Part shown: positions 1 through 12,419 of the stretch, in pieces
Layout of the letters: each line of letters opens with the position of its first letter
Position numbering within the stretch: position 1 is the first letter of the stretch
Assembly (NCBI GenBank): GCA_039096225.1
Contig: JBBPEB010000025.1
Span: 806,001 to 870,000 of the forward strand
Length of the DNA stretch: 64,000 bases
Direction of reading: 5' to 3'
Origin: Blastocystis sp. Blastoise
Lineage: Eukaryota > Protista > Bigyra: Opalinata
Notes under the pieces: model-generated
What the model was told of the DNA's origin: nothing
The model's input: the letters and a program-made list of their open reading frames with translations, nothing else
The model's database searches: none
Made by a program: the position numbers and the translations under genes

Positions 1-1697
1 TAGAGAAATTGTTTCCTCTTGTTTCATTGTTTGAGTCAATTAGAACCAAAAAAGGAAGAAATGTTTTCCCGTGAATACTAATTATTTATATTCAACAATA
101 CACTACTTCGATAAATAGATATATTTACAAATAATATATAAACAAAAAATCAATCGTTAACAAAATAATAATAAAAGTACAATGAGACTTTATTGTGTGT
201 TTGAGTATCCAACTCAAAGAAAATGTGAAAAATAACCAATCATTTTGATCCGTATAACAGCTGCCTATATTTTTGTCATTTAGAATTCCCAAAAAATAAA
301 GTGTATATCCAAATATTTGTACATTCCATTCCACTTTTTTTTTGTATACAACGTATTTTCTTACTTTTTCTATTCATTCGATATATACTTTTTTATATAA
401 TAATCAATATGTCATATCAAAAAACAAAAGCCAAAAAGATCGTTTTCTTTCCTAAACGTGACTTAAAGACAGTTACCATTATTTTGTATAAAAGTCAACA
501 CTTTCTTTTCTATTTTATTAACGGGGATATTTTTTACAAATAAGAATCACGTGCTCTCAAAAAAGATGTATATCTCTGACACAACAAAAAACTTCATAAT
601 TTACTATTCTGAAATAAAGACGCTTTGAATGAGATATTTTAGTTTTTAAATCATTTATATAATGTATTTCATTTTGTGAATATAATAAAACCTTTTAACC
701 TCAAAAATTGAAGAATAAAAACTAATCAAAACTTATTGGAATTAAGTAATGAATTGTTCTATTTTAAAAATCCAGAATATTAGATATTTTAATAAGTTTT
801 TTATAATATAATTGCTACAATATCTTATATACATGTTTTTATGTACTATTCACTAAGTGTTAATAATATATATATAATTACTTTCCATATCACATATTTA
901 TGATAAAATCTTTGTATTCATGGAACTGAAATCTCATTAATATATATATTTTTTTTTGTTTTATATTTTTGGTACTACTGATGTTCATAAATAACACTAC
1001 TATTTTTAAGTTATTAAATATAATTAAATTATTTTGTGATTCAATTTAAACAGGTAAAATATTTGCTACAAGAAGAAATATTTAACAATAATCTATTTTT
1101 TGAATAATCAGAAAAAAGTTACTTAGAACTGATTGTTTTTATAAAGCAGCGAAACATATGCTTATTTTATTGAGCTGTAATATAGACTGACATGTTATCT
1201 TTCATTTAAAAAACAATCAATGAAATGATGAATATCAAAAATGGAGATATTCCTATTAAATCAACAATAAATTTTACAAAAGAAAATTAATTGTATTTCG
1301 ATCTAATTTAATATATTCTTTATTGTATTAAAAAAATCAATTTTTCATATACTACTCATAATAAACTGATTAAATAATCCAATTTTTGTCATCATAATAC
1401 TTTCTGATTCTTTTTGTCGTTCTGAAGATATATTAACTCCAAGAATTGTTTCAAGAATCGTAATTCACATTGAAATGGTAACAGAAATTAGTATAGATAT
1501 GCTTTTGCCAAGTATTAGTAACTATGCAAACTGATATAGAATAGATATATCATACTAAAATGAAACACAAAGCAATTAACATAAGAAACAATAGTTCGAA
1601 AAATTTATGATTATTTTTCTATAACAACGGAAAAAAAGAAATAATCAAGATAATATATAAAAACGACTTTTTATGACTTTTTATCTTGAAAGCCTAG

Positions 1698-2349
1698 ATG
1701 ATGAACAGAATAGTTATAATTTTCATAATAAGTCAGATTATAACATGTTCTGCTTGGTATAATGAAGGTCATATGATTGTTTCTGAGATTGCATACAGTT
1801 TATCAAATGCTCAAACGAAAGTACAACTTATTTATTTTATGCTTTTATATGTATATCATACTTAGCAATCAATTGACAATTATTTGACACTCGATTCTAA
1901 TGAATATCAAGTATATTTTTTTTCCATTTTGTAACTGTTAGCTTTTATATTTTTTAATTTTTATTCTTATTTTTATTGAATATTTAAATTCCACATTTAT
2001 TGAGTGATCCACTATTTAGGGTTATACAAATCATTTCACAGCGGTATGATACTTGAATATTATTTCTATATCTTCCATTATTCAGTCTGTTTGGGCAGAT
2101 GATGTTAAAAAGACTCAATACAACGAAACCAAAAAATGGCATTTTATTCATCTCCCTTATATTCCTGTATATATTGTATTTAGTTTGTACTATTATATTG
2201 ATTATACTATGTATTTTATATCTCTTTATCTTTATATATAGAGTGGTATTGATGTATCCGTGAATCCATATGATGAAGTCAACATTATTCAGCAAGTTCA
2301 AGCACTTTACGATGAATTCCTTAAAACACAAGATGAGTCTATAAGAGTA

Positions 2350-2440
<91 letters not shown>

Positions 2441-3365
2441 GGCAAGAGATCTTCGTTTCTTGATTCATCTTCTTGGAGATCTTCATCATCCACTTCATGT
2501 GTCCTCTCTCTATTCAGATGAATTCCCCAAGGGAGATGACAATGGAGGTTTATATAAGATATACTATCCTTCTCTCTCCAATGAAACGTGTCTTCACTCG
2601 TTTGTCGACTCAATTGCCAATCAATATAATCAGTTCTATCCACTTCCTACAAATAATTCTTATGAAACTATTATTGAAGAAGAAGCAAAACAAATACTCG
2701 ATACCTGTACCTTAGATTATTCTCAGTATCGTTTTAATCCCACTATTTGGGCCAATGAAACGCATTCATTAGCTAATCTATTTTATGTATGTAAATAGGA
2801 ATATATATACTAAAATTCATTTATACATACCCTATTGTTTTTTTAATAGATATAATTTTCTCATAATATTTCTTCTTTGTTACTTTTTCTAATGATACTT
2901 ATAGGATATATATATATATATATATAATATATAATGTATACTATATATATATATAGATCATTCCTCCGCATACTATTCCCACGCTGGAAGCCTCCAAAAA
3001 CATCACTATCCTCTCTCGTCATCAAGTATATCCCTCTATATATCCCTCTATATATCCCTCTATATATCCCTCTATACCTTCTATATATCCCTCTATATAT
3101 CCCTCTATATACCTCTATATCCTTCTATATATCCCTCTATATATCCCTCTAGCTCTGTCTCTCCGGACGACGACTTGCTTTCCTCTTCGAAGAACTTCTC
3201 AATCGATCTATTCCTTCTGATTTCTATTTCATTATCCTTCTAGCCTTAGGTGTACTCAGCAGTATCATTCTCGATGAATATATAAATAGAAAACAATTCA
3301 ATCATAAGAACACACAAACAAACCAAATCAGTGGAATCAAAAATGTTTCTTTTGTTCCTTTATAA
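1698..3365 (+). CDS. S1/P1 nuclease family protein (3'-nucleotidase/nuclease-like) with signal peptide and C-terminal TM helix; 8 exons, ~334 aa
   Basis: Manual splicing at GT-AG sites gives exons 1698-1820, 1866-1910, 2020-2043, 2086-2166, 2242-2346, 2442-2786, 2957-3025 and 3153-3365. The protein reads MMNRIVIIFIISQIITCSA|WYNEGH...WADDVK...WHFI...LIHLLGDLHHPLH...LHSFVDS...WANETH...SGRRLA...FYFIILLALGVLSSIIL...VPL*. These are the canonical S1/P1 Zn-binding and catalytic motifs in the correct order. Boundaries of introns 2 and 6 are the least certain. Confidence 0.9.
2352..2437. repeat. (TA)n microsatellite, ~43 units, filling most of nuclease intron 5 (2347-2441)
   Basis: Uninterrupted TATATA... 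run read directly, between the GTAC donor at 2347 and the AG acceptor ending at 2441. Confidence 0.97.
3027..3151 (+). repeat. 12-bp minisatellite (TATATCCCTCTA)n, ~10 imperfect copies, forming nuclease intron 7 (3026-3152)
   Basis: Direct reading. The repeat runs from the GT donor to the AG acceptor. Confidence 0.92.
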
Positions 3366-4249
3366 ACATACACCACAAACATTCTCGAAGGATAATGAAC
3401 TGTCTCTTTTCCTTCTTTCAATAATCATACTTAAGAAACACTCATTTTTTATTTGTTTGTATTTCTTCCCAAATAGTTGTACATTTGATCAAAACTGCTT
3501 TTGTTTTAAAATCAATGTTAGGTGTCTATATCAACTTCTTTTTACTAATATTGTTTCTAATCATGGAAATATATATATTTTCTATATTAATATTGATAAG
3601 TATCTACAAGAATAAAATTCTTAATTATAAGTATAGTTTTTCTTTTTGATTCTTTATTTCCATTTATGTATTCTATTATGATCTTGAATCATTCTGATTC
3701 ATTTTCACCATCAACTATTTCTTTACAGTGTTTATATCAATCTGTATTTCAAGACAATGTATATTTAGTAAAAAGAAATATATTTAACGAACTCATTCCA
3801 TAACATATATTATTGTTAAATAGCAATAATCTTTTTTGTTTTCCTCTTTATTAAATGATTTAGAGACAAAACCATTTTTAATAAAGTAATATCATGCATT
3901 CAATAATAAACTTTTCAATTTAGTTTTAAATATATATGATAGTATAAATAAAATTTCTTAGAAACACCAACCACATCACTTGAACATAACTCAAAATATC
4001 ACCCGATTTGTTTTATGTAGGTATACTCAAAAATAGCTTTTCCATATAAATTCTGTAATCAACTCGATGGAATATTTTTAAAAAACATGATAACATATAA
4101 TAAGAAATGTATAATATTAAACAATATATGATATATAAAAATAATATAAACATGCATGTATTGATGATAATTCATACTTTTTCTCAATAGAATAACCATA
4201 TTATTTTTAACATCTTAAGAATACTTAGAATATATTATGCAACTGATAG

Positions 4250-4290
4250 CACAACCTTCCCAACATTTTGTGACAGTCATCATGACTATC
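4250..4290 (+). mobile_element. Degenerate relic of the terminus of the 181-bp MITE family
   Basis: CACAACCTTCCCAACATTTTGTGACAGTCATCATGACTA resembles the start of the 11279 MITE, CAGAGCCTTCCATCCCTTTTGTGACAGTTGCCATGACAA. No partner end was found. Confidence 0.4.
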
Positions 4291-5139
4291 CCAAAACTCA
4301 TTTTTTACAAACTTGATTATAACAAATATTTATTTTTTAATACTATTTCACTATCAAAAAATATATCCTATTATTTTGGCTATGACCGTGTTATAAAAAC
4401 CTTTTTAGAAGACATTGCGTGTAAAACTCTTGTTTTATTATGATAATATTATTCAAAAAACATTTGTATCAAGACTTCTCAATTACGAAAAATTCACCAA
4501 GTTTATACAACTATACTCAAAACTACGTCATTTAAATATGAAAATAAAAAACTCATTTATAAGCATAGTAAAACTCAAAAAAAAATATTGTATAATAAGT
4601 AAAACTTATGTGTGTGTTACAAAATCTTGTTCTTCATTATCCTTATACTTCAGAAATATGATTTATAAAAAAAAATTAAACATATTTCTAACATAATAAT
4701 TATTCTTTATCACTGAATATATTTATTGTAGAATAAAAATGTTAATCGAATAATTAATTTGAATAACAAAGAAATATTTTAAAAAACTGTCTACTTCGAT
4801 TTTTGTTTTTTATTTTAGAATTTTTAATCTATTATTTTGCTTCTCTGAGTTTTAATTAAATGAGATTTCAAAAACTACTTTTAGTAAGAAATTCATTAAT
4901 ATTTTTAATCACATGAAAACTCATAATTATATTTTCATACATCATATTCACTAATAACAAAAGAGACTCGAATTAGTATAATAAAAATAATTGAATCAAT
5001 ATAAAAAAATTGAGCTAAAATTTTAAAAAGAAACAAAAAAATATTCACAAATTTTTCATGGTAATTATTATCAAATGAATACAAAATGGAATTACTTTGA
5101 TATATATTCGTAATGAATTAGTATTAGAGCCGTTCAAAA

Positions 5140-5225
5140 GTTGAGACAAAAGTTGCGACAAAGTTGCGACAAAGTTGCGACAAAGTTGCGACAAGTTGCG
5201 ACAAGTTGCGACGAGTGGTGACACT
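5140..5225 (+). repeat. Subterminal tandem (A)AGTTGCGACA 10-12-bp repeats, probable transposase-binding sites; same motif at 5494-5611, 5926-5967, 6915-7098, 8586-8770 and 9716-9781
   Basis: Direct reading. The motif always sits next to a TAGAGCGGTTC TIR. Subterminal repeat arrays are established features of hAT elements such as Ac and Hermes. Confidence 0.85.
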
Positions 5226-5479
5226 TTTTTTTAATTGTTTTTATAAACAAAACGAATTTTTAATAAAGAAAACATAAATAAAGCATATAAAATATAAATT
5301 ATGAATTAATTAAGAAAAATATTAATCAAGATTGATTTCTGAAACATTACTAAAAGTAGATAAATTATCAAAAGAAATTGATAAAATATCATCAAGAGAA
5401 TCAGATAAGAGACTATTTGAATTGAAATTTGTATTTTTTTCTTCATTTTCAGGTTCATTTGATAATATTTCATTATCAT

Positions 5480-7112
5480 TAGAGCGGTTCAAAAGTTGCG
5501 ACAAAAGTTGCGACAAGTTGCGACAAAAGTTGCGACAAGTTGCGACAAAAGTTGCGAAAAAGTTGTGACAAGTTGCGACAAAGTTGCGACAAGTTGCGAC
5601 AAGTTGCGACACTTTTTATATCTCATTTGTAAGTTATATATTCATTATATAATAAATTTATATATATAATTATAGAGAGATTTACATGATGATTACATAA
5701 ATAATTTTTAAATGAATTAAAAATAAGTTTAATACTCTTAATAAGCGTTTTAAACACTAAAAATTGAACTTTTAAAGTCACATTTATTCTATAAATATCG
5801 TTATTTTAATCATTTTAATAATCTTTTAACGATTTTTAAAATATTATATTATTTTTATATTATAAGAATAATGTTATTAAATTTAAAAAGTGAAAAATTG
5901 AATGTCATAGATAGAGCGGTTCAAAAGTTGCGACAAAGTTGCGACAAAAGTTAAGACAGTTGCGACATTTTTTATATCTCATTTGTAAGTCATATATTTA
6001 TTATAAAATATATTTAAATATATAATTATAAAGATATTTTCATGATGATTACATAAATAATTTTTAAATAAATTAATAATAAGTTTAATACCTAAAATAA
6101 GCGTTTTAAACACTAAAAATTGAAATTTTTGAAATTCATAAGAAAAATTCATTAGATAAATATACTTATTTTAATCATTTTAACAATCTTTTAACGATTT
6201 TAAAAAAATTATATTATTTTTATATTATAAGAATAATGTTATTAAATATTAAAATCGAAGAATTGAATGTCATAAAAGCTTCATTGAAGATAAAATGAGC
6301 TCATTAAGTATAAAAAGTATTTTAAAATGATTCATTTCTTCATAATGAGCTAATAATGAGCTATTGATAACATATATATTCAAATAATTTCATTTCATCA
6401 AAATTCAATTTTTAACATTCTTCATTAAACATCATATATTGAATCATTATGATTTAAATATGTATCTATATGATAAATAAGAGCTAATTGTAATTCTATT
6501 ATTCTTAATTAGATGATAAAATGAGTTGATAAAAAATAAATCATTTCAAAAAGATCTAAAATCAATGTATTAATGAAATCATTCACATTATCAAATACTA
6601 TAAATAATACAAACTATGATTTCAATTGAAAATGGATAAATAATGCAAAGAAAATAAAATTGAAATTCATTTGAATTGTCATTAAAAAATATGATTTCAA
6701 AAATGAGTCAAAAATGGTTTTATCCCGTAAATAAATCAAATTTTTGACTGGAAAAAAAATGTTCAAAATATTTTGAATTCTTTCTTTAATTCATTTCATA
6801 TGATCTTTTCATTTTCATAAAATGAAATTTGGTATATATATTCATCACTACTTAGTTCATATAATGAAATATTCTATTATATAAAATATTAATTAAATAA
6901 ATGTTTAAATGAAAAGTTGTGACAAAGTTGTGACAAATTGCGACACTGAATTCATTCTTTAAACAAGTCTTTTTTAGTTGCCAAATTAATAAAATAATCA
7001 CGGGACTCTCGCCATTATTCATGGTTAAAAAAGTTGCGACAAATGGCGACAAGTTGCGACAAGTTGTGAAATTTGTCGCAACTCTATTTGTCGCAACTTT
7101 TGAACCGCTCTA
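5480..7112 (+). mobile_element. Non-autonomous hAT element (1633 bp) with a duplicated left end (second TIR at 5912) and perfect 8-bp TSD ATTATCAT
   Basis: TIR TAGAGCGGTTCAAAAGTTGCGACAAA at 5480 and its reverse complement ending at 7112. ATTATCAT lies at both 5472-5479 and 7113-7120. 5480-5911 is a direct repeat of 5912-~6273. Confidence 0.92.
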
Positions 7113-7180
7113 ATTATCATCTACAATTGTTATTGAAGAATCATTTTGTAGTATCTATTTCATCTTCAATAATCATTGAA

Positions 7181-8571
7181 TCATTTTGAATTGAAATAGT
7201 ATCTATTTGTGGATTCATATAAAAAAAATAAATCTCTAAACAAATTTTCATCAGAATAACCAAATTTCTTCTTTGTAAATAAAATATTCATAAAAGAGAA
7301 AGATCTTTCTACACTAACAGTAGTAGAAGGTAATTGAAGAATGAAAGGAATTATTTTAGAAATAGAAGGAATTTGTTTAAGAAGAGGAAAATAAAATTTT
7401 ATCATTTGTTCTTTACTTATCATATTGTGAGGGAAACATTCATTTTCTTTCTTCTCATTATCAATAAAATCTTTCATTTTTGAAACACATAATAAATAAT
7501 TTTTCTTTTCTATATCTAAAAATTCAGATAAAGTGAAAGAAGGAAATGAAGAAGACATTAAAAAATGATTTTCATTATAAAATATCATTTGTTTCTTATT
7601 CATTGTTTTGATTTCTTTCAATTTTAATAATGTATTCGTAAAACCTATAAAATATAAATTAATAACAATAAATATACTTTTCTTATATTCTTGAATAAAT
7701 GAAGATTGAACATTTGATAAATTATTTTCTTCACATATTTCATTCACTATCATAATTATATTATCTTTTGAATTCTTCAATTCTTCTTCAATTTCATCTA
7801 TCAAACTAGAAACATTACAACATTGAAAATTATCATTGGATAATAATTTTAATATTTCTTCAAACATTATTCCACTCTTCAAGAGAATCAACATTTCGAT
7901 TTGTAAAGAAGAAGATAATTGATTATCTTGAAGAATATTCAATATTTCTTTATCTTTATCACTTAACATATCCAATGTTTCTAAATATTCATAGAATGAT
8001 TTCAAATATTTAAAATGTTTCAAAATATATCTTAATGATTTATACCAAGATATCCATCGTGTTTCGACATAAGAAAAGAAAGAAGAAGAAGGAAGATTAT
8101 TTATCTTTAAAAAGGATAACCATAAATCATTTTTCTTTCTAAAGAAACGAAATGATGAATTAATGAGATTAATAAATGATTTTGTATTAATAAAACCATC
8201 TTTTAGTTTTTCAGCTACTAGATTAATCATATGCATAAAACATCCACAATAAATTCCATCACAAAAAATCGATTCATAATTATTACCAGCATTTCGCATA
8301 GTATTACAGTTATCAGTGTGAAACGATTTGAATTGTTTTCTTTTAATATTCCATTCTTCTAATGTATCTTGAATGATAGAAAGATAATTATTCGATTTTT
8401 GATTTTCCATTCTTTTCAAGTTTATTAAGTAGAAAGGTTCATTCAAATTGAAAGTATTCAATCTTCTTACGATTATTGATAAATAATTAGAACCAGCATC
8501 TGAGGTAGAAGAATCACATAGAACAGTTAGAGGACATTTTTCTAAATTCATTTTTACATATTGAATACGTT
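7181..8571 (-). pseudogene. hAT-family DDE transposase core, N-terminally truncated (no BED finger); likely 33-nt intron at 7645-7677
   Basis: Motifs in order: LCDSST (first D), HTDNCNTM (second D), CFMHMINL (CxxH), VETRWISW (TRW) and PSTTVSVERSFS (catalytic E, hAT dimerisation region). The ORF start MSQLYLSQLLNRS comes from the adjacent MITE TIR. A frameshifted acidic tail appears to continue at 7113-7180 and, past the nested insertion, at 5322-5471. Confidence 0.88.
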
Positions 8572-9794
8572 TAGAGCGGTTCAAAAGTTGCGACAAATAG
8601 AGTTGCGACAAATTTCACAACTTGTCGCAACTTGTCGCCATTTGTCGCAACTTTTTTTACCATTAATAATGGCGAGAGTACCGTGATTATTTTATTAATT
8701 TGGCAATTAAAAAAGACTTGTTTAAAAAATAAATTCAGTGTCGCAATTTGTCACAACTTTGTCACAACTTTTCCATTAAACATAAATTGAATTAATGTTT
8801 TATATAAGAGAATATTTCATTATAAGAATTAAGTATCGGCAAATATATATACCAAATTTCATTTTATAAAAATGAAAAGATCATATGAAATGAATTAAAG
8901 AAAGAATTCAAAATATTTTGAACAATTTTTTTCCAGTCAAAAATTTGATTTATTTACGGGATAAATCCATTTTTGACTCATTTTTGAAGTTAATTTTCTA
9001 ATCAAAATTCAAATGAATTTCAATTTTATTTTCTACTAATTATTTAATTATATTCAATTAAAATTATTATGTTTATCATTCATAGTATTTAATAATGTGA
9101 ATGATTTCATGAATTGATTGATTTTAAACCATTTTGAAATGATTTATTTTTTATCAGCTCATTTATATCATCTAATTAAGCATAATATATTTATAATTGA
9201 CTATTAATTATCATATAGATACATATTTACATCATAATAATTCATTATATGATGTTTAATGAAGAATGTTAAAAATTGAATTTTGATGAAATGAAATTAT
9301 TTGAATATATATGTTATCAATAGCTCACTATTAGCTCATTATGAAGAAATGAATCATTTTAAAATATTTTTATACTTAATGAGCTCATTTTGTCTTCAAT
9401 GAAGCTTTTATGACATTCAATTTTTCACTTTTTATATTTAATAACATTATTCTTATAATATAAAAATAATATAATTTTTTTAAAATCGTTAAAAGATTGT
9501 TAAAATGATTAAAATAACGATATTTATCTAATGTATTTCACTTATGAATTTCAAAAATTTCAAATTTTAGTGTTTAAAACGCTTATTTTGTGTATTAAAC
9601 TTATTATTAATTTATTTAAAAATTATTTATGTAATCATCATGAAAATATCTTTATAATTATATATTTGAATATATTATATAATAAATATATGGCTTACAA
9701 ATGAGATATAAAAAGTGTCGCAACTTTTTCGCAACTTTTGTCGCAACTTGTCGCAACTTGTCGCAACTTTTGTCGCAACTTTTGAAGCGCTCTA
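8572..9794 (-). mobile_element. Non-autonomous hAT element (~1.22 kb), a diverged inverted copy of 5912-7112
   Basis: TIR TAGAGCGGTTCAAAAGTTGCGACA at 8572 and TGTCGCAACTTTTGAAGCGCTCTA ending at 9794. The internal sequence is the reverse complement of 5912-7112 with scattered substitutions. Its own flanks (AATACGTT / AATAGAAT) are not a clean TSD. Confidence 0.9.
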
Positions 9795-11278
9795 AATAGA
9801 ATATAATGTGTATTAAATATATGTACAAAAAATCGATTTAACACCATTGCATCTTATCAATACTTGAACTCTTCTACCAAGAATGGTAGTATTATTATTT
9901 AAAAAATATAGATATCAAAAAATAAATTATAAAATAATTTAGTTTTTAATATATTATATTTAAAAATATATTTAAATAGATATACAAAATTTATAAAAGA
10001 AAACGATTTATAATAATTAATAATTAATAATACAGTTATGGTGTATTAAATATGGGATATATATAAATATTAAAAGATTATGCAGCATTCACAATTTGTG
10101 TTGCATTTTATTGTATTTTTGGTAATTATTTGAAAAAAATATGTTTTTATGAGAATTAATAGTATTTTTCGCAGCTTTCATGATACATCATATTATAATA
10201 ATGTCAATAATATGTTGCCGCTTTTAAACAGCTCCATTTTAGTTTAGCTAAAAAAGAAAAATGGTTATTGTTGAAATGTTTTTATGTAACATTAAATATT
10301 TATTTATGAAAGAGTCCAAGATTTGGCATATTTTCAAAAAGTATCATAATTTTAATATTGTAATATATTTTCTACTGTATTCAGAATTATATAGTAATAA
10401 CTTTTTTTTCAACATTATATTTTTATAAAATAATGATTCTGGATGTAAAATAAAAAAACAACGCAAATATATATTAAACAGAAAAATACCTAAGCAAAAA
10501 TATAAAAATTGTTAAATATACAAGAATTATTACAGTTTAAAAAGAAAATATTATGAATAGACTGTTTGTTTTTAAGTTTAATGTTTTCATAATATTTATA
10601 ATGATTTTTATTGTCAGATTATGGGACATTATTTACAGGTTTTTTATCATTTTAAAAACTCTAATTGATTTTTGTAAGTGGAACGATAAATGTTGCCAAC
10701 TACTTTGTGAATATAAGATATTCTACGGTGAATGCTTAATAATTATTGACCAATACCTAAGATAGTATAAGGTATACAAAATGCCATTATTGTCTAAAAT
10801 CTAACTATGAATAGCTAGAGCTCGATGCCTATTATGCAATTGTGTGGAGTAGAAGTACTATAAATTATACATTTTTCATATTTGCCATGAATAAAAAAGA
10901 TTTGAAGAATAGTTAGATGAATTAATAATAACAATCCTTTCTAATGTCAATGGACAGAATTGTTATATGACAATTGTTGACAATATTGTGATACTTGCAA
11001 CACTTTTTTTTGGCAGTGTAATTTCTATTGTTTTATTGATCCACATCAATTTTTTCTGAAGAAACAATAAATTATTGTCATGACAGAGAACTCGTTAGAA
11101 TTGTCAATCTTGTCAATTATTCTAATGGATTGTCTATTGGACGACTTCAATGAATCAATATATATCATTATTTATTTATTCTCGTTTTTTTATAGAGTAT
11201 TAAAATACTAAAAGAAGACTCTATTGTATTATTTAATTATTTAGACTCATTCTCAATATTATAACTGTATTCAATTGG

Positions 11279-11459
11279 CAGAGCCTTCCATCCCTTTTGT
11301 GACAGTTGCCATGACAATAGCTGACTGTCACTTTCAACCTGACTTAAATTGACTTAGTCATAAAAATTTAAAATTACACTGTCAAAAATAAATATTTTGT
11401 CACAAATTTTGGTGACAATTGCCATATGGCAAAAAAAAAGGGCCTCAGGGAAGGGGCTG
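11279..11459 (+). mobile_element. 181-bp hAT-type MITE, copy 1, TSD TCAATTGG
   Basis: Imperfect TIRs CAGAGCCTTCC ... GGGAAGGGGCTG. TCAATTGG lies at 11271-11278 and 11460-11467. Confidence 0.9.
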
Positions 11460-11705
11460 TCAATTGGTTTATGCTAAATATAACACATCACATACTTCTA
11501 GAGTAATATATAAACATTAAATATAATATGTTTGACACATTTTTATACATATTAGAATTATTCTTTTCATTATAATGCTTTTTAATTACATGATTCTTAT
11601 TCTTTTATAATTAATAATTTTTCTATGGGTTATATAAGTCTTATGAAGATAATATATTTTGCAATAGATTATCATGATTAGTTTTAAACATAATTCGATT
11701 GAAAT

Positions 11706-11886
11706 CAGCCCCTTCCCTGAGGCCCTTTTTTTTTGCCATATGGCAATTGTCACCAAAATTTGTGATAAAATATTTATTTTTGACAGTGTAATTTTAAATT
11801 TTTATGACTAAGTCAATTTAAGTCAGGTTGAAAGTGACAGTCAGCTATTGTCATGGCAACTGTCACAAAAGGGAGGGAAGCCTCTG
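11706..11886 (-). mobile_element. 181-bp hAT-type MITE, copy 2 (inverted), TSD ATTGAAAT
   Basis: Near-identical reverse complement of 11279-11459. ATTGAAAT lies at 11698-11705 and 11887-11894. Confidence 0.9.
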
Positions 11887-12419
11887 ATTGAAATAGTTGT
11901 TATTAATGTATGAAAACAATACATTGATTAATAAATATTAGTAAGGATACTTTTCATATATATGATTCTGATATTTTTTATTATGTATTGCTAAGACTTT
12001 ATTAGAAGTCACTATTTGACTTAAGAATGATTTTGGTATTATATACTTTGTATTAGTATATATAAAAAAAAAAAACAATAGATTTAAAAAATTCATATTA
12101 GATATATTAGAAAATAATTGTTAGATACTAATCCTAATTGTGTATTTAACTAAAAAAAGAAATAAACTAGAAATTTAAAAAACTTCATACAACTTTATTA
12201 TATATTTAACATTAATGGTTGTGCTATATATTATGCTTGCATTTCATCAAACTATACTTCATTTTATAGGATAGAAATATAAACCAATAGAATTATTATT
12301 GTAATATTGAAGATATAGATAAAATAGTGTATAATACTTTTCAATACCATAAGTTGATTAAAAATATATATATATGAAATAAGAGAATAATAGAATGAAC
12401 AAGCTAATAATACATGATG

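Larger units (their letters stand above)
5125..8571 (-). mobile_element. Truncated autonomous-type hAT transposon: 3' terminus (TIR at 5125) plus transposase, interrupted by the nested element at 5480-7112; 5' part missing
   Basis: TIR TAGAGCCGTTCAAAAGTTG at 5125 is followed by AGTTGCGACA subterminal repeats and lies downstream of a minus-strand hAT transposase. Its internal sequence differs from that of the non-autonomous copies. Confidence 0.75.

Noticed and set aside
125-1500. Short ORFs and possible decayed coding sequence
   Set aside because: No recognisable motif or coherent splice model; composition is as expected for AT-rich noise.
1984-3152. ORFs with YIYIYI or YIPL runs
   Set aside because: They are translations of intronic micro- and minisatellites, or antisense/off-frame to the nuclease exons.
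3331-4696. Short ORFs 3331-3615, 4237-4443 and 4415-4696
   Set aside because: No recognisable domains. They may be decayed sequence but cannot be supported.
5140-5611. AGTTGCGACA arrays as telomeric or CRISPR repeats; ORFs 5322-5612 and 5332-5568 as genes
   Set aside because: The arrays are subterminal transposon repeats next to TIRs. The ORFs are read-throughs of them, and only the acidic part of 5322-5471 may be a transposase tail remnant.
10553-10765. 70-aa ORF and TGTTTGTT at 10563-10570 (resembles the Blastocystis polyadenylation/stop-completion motif)
   Set aside because: No upstream gene model ends there, and a single 8-mer is expected by chance in T-rich DNA.
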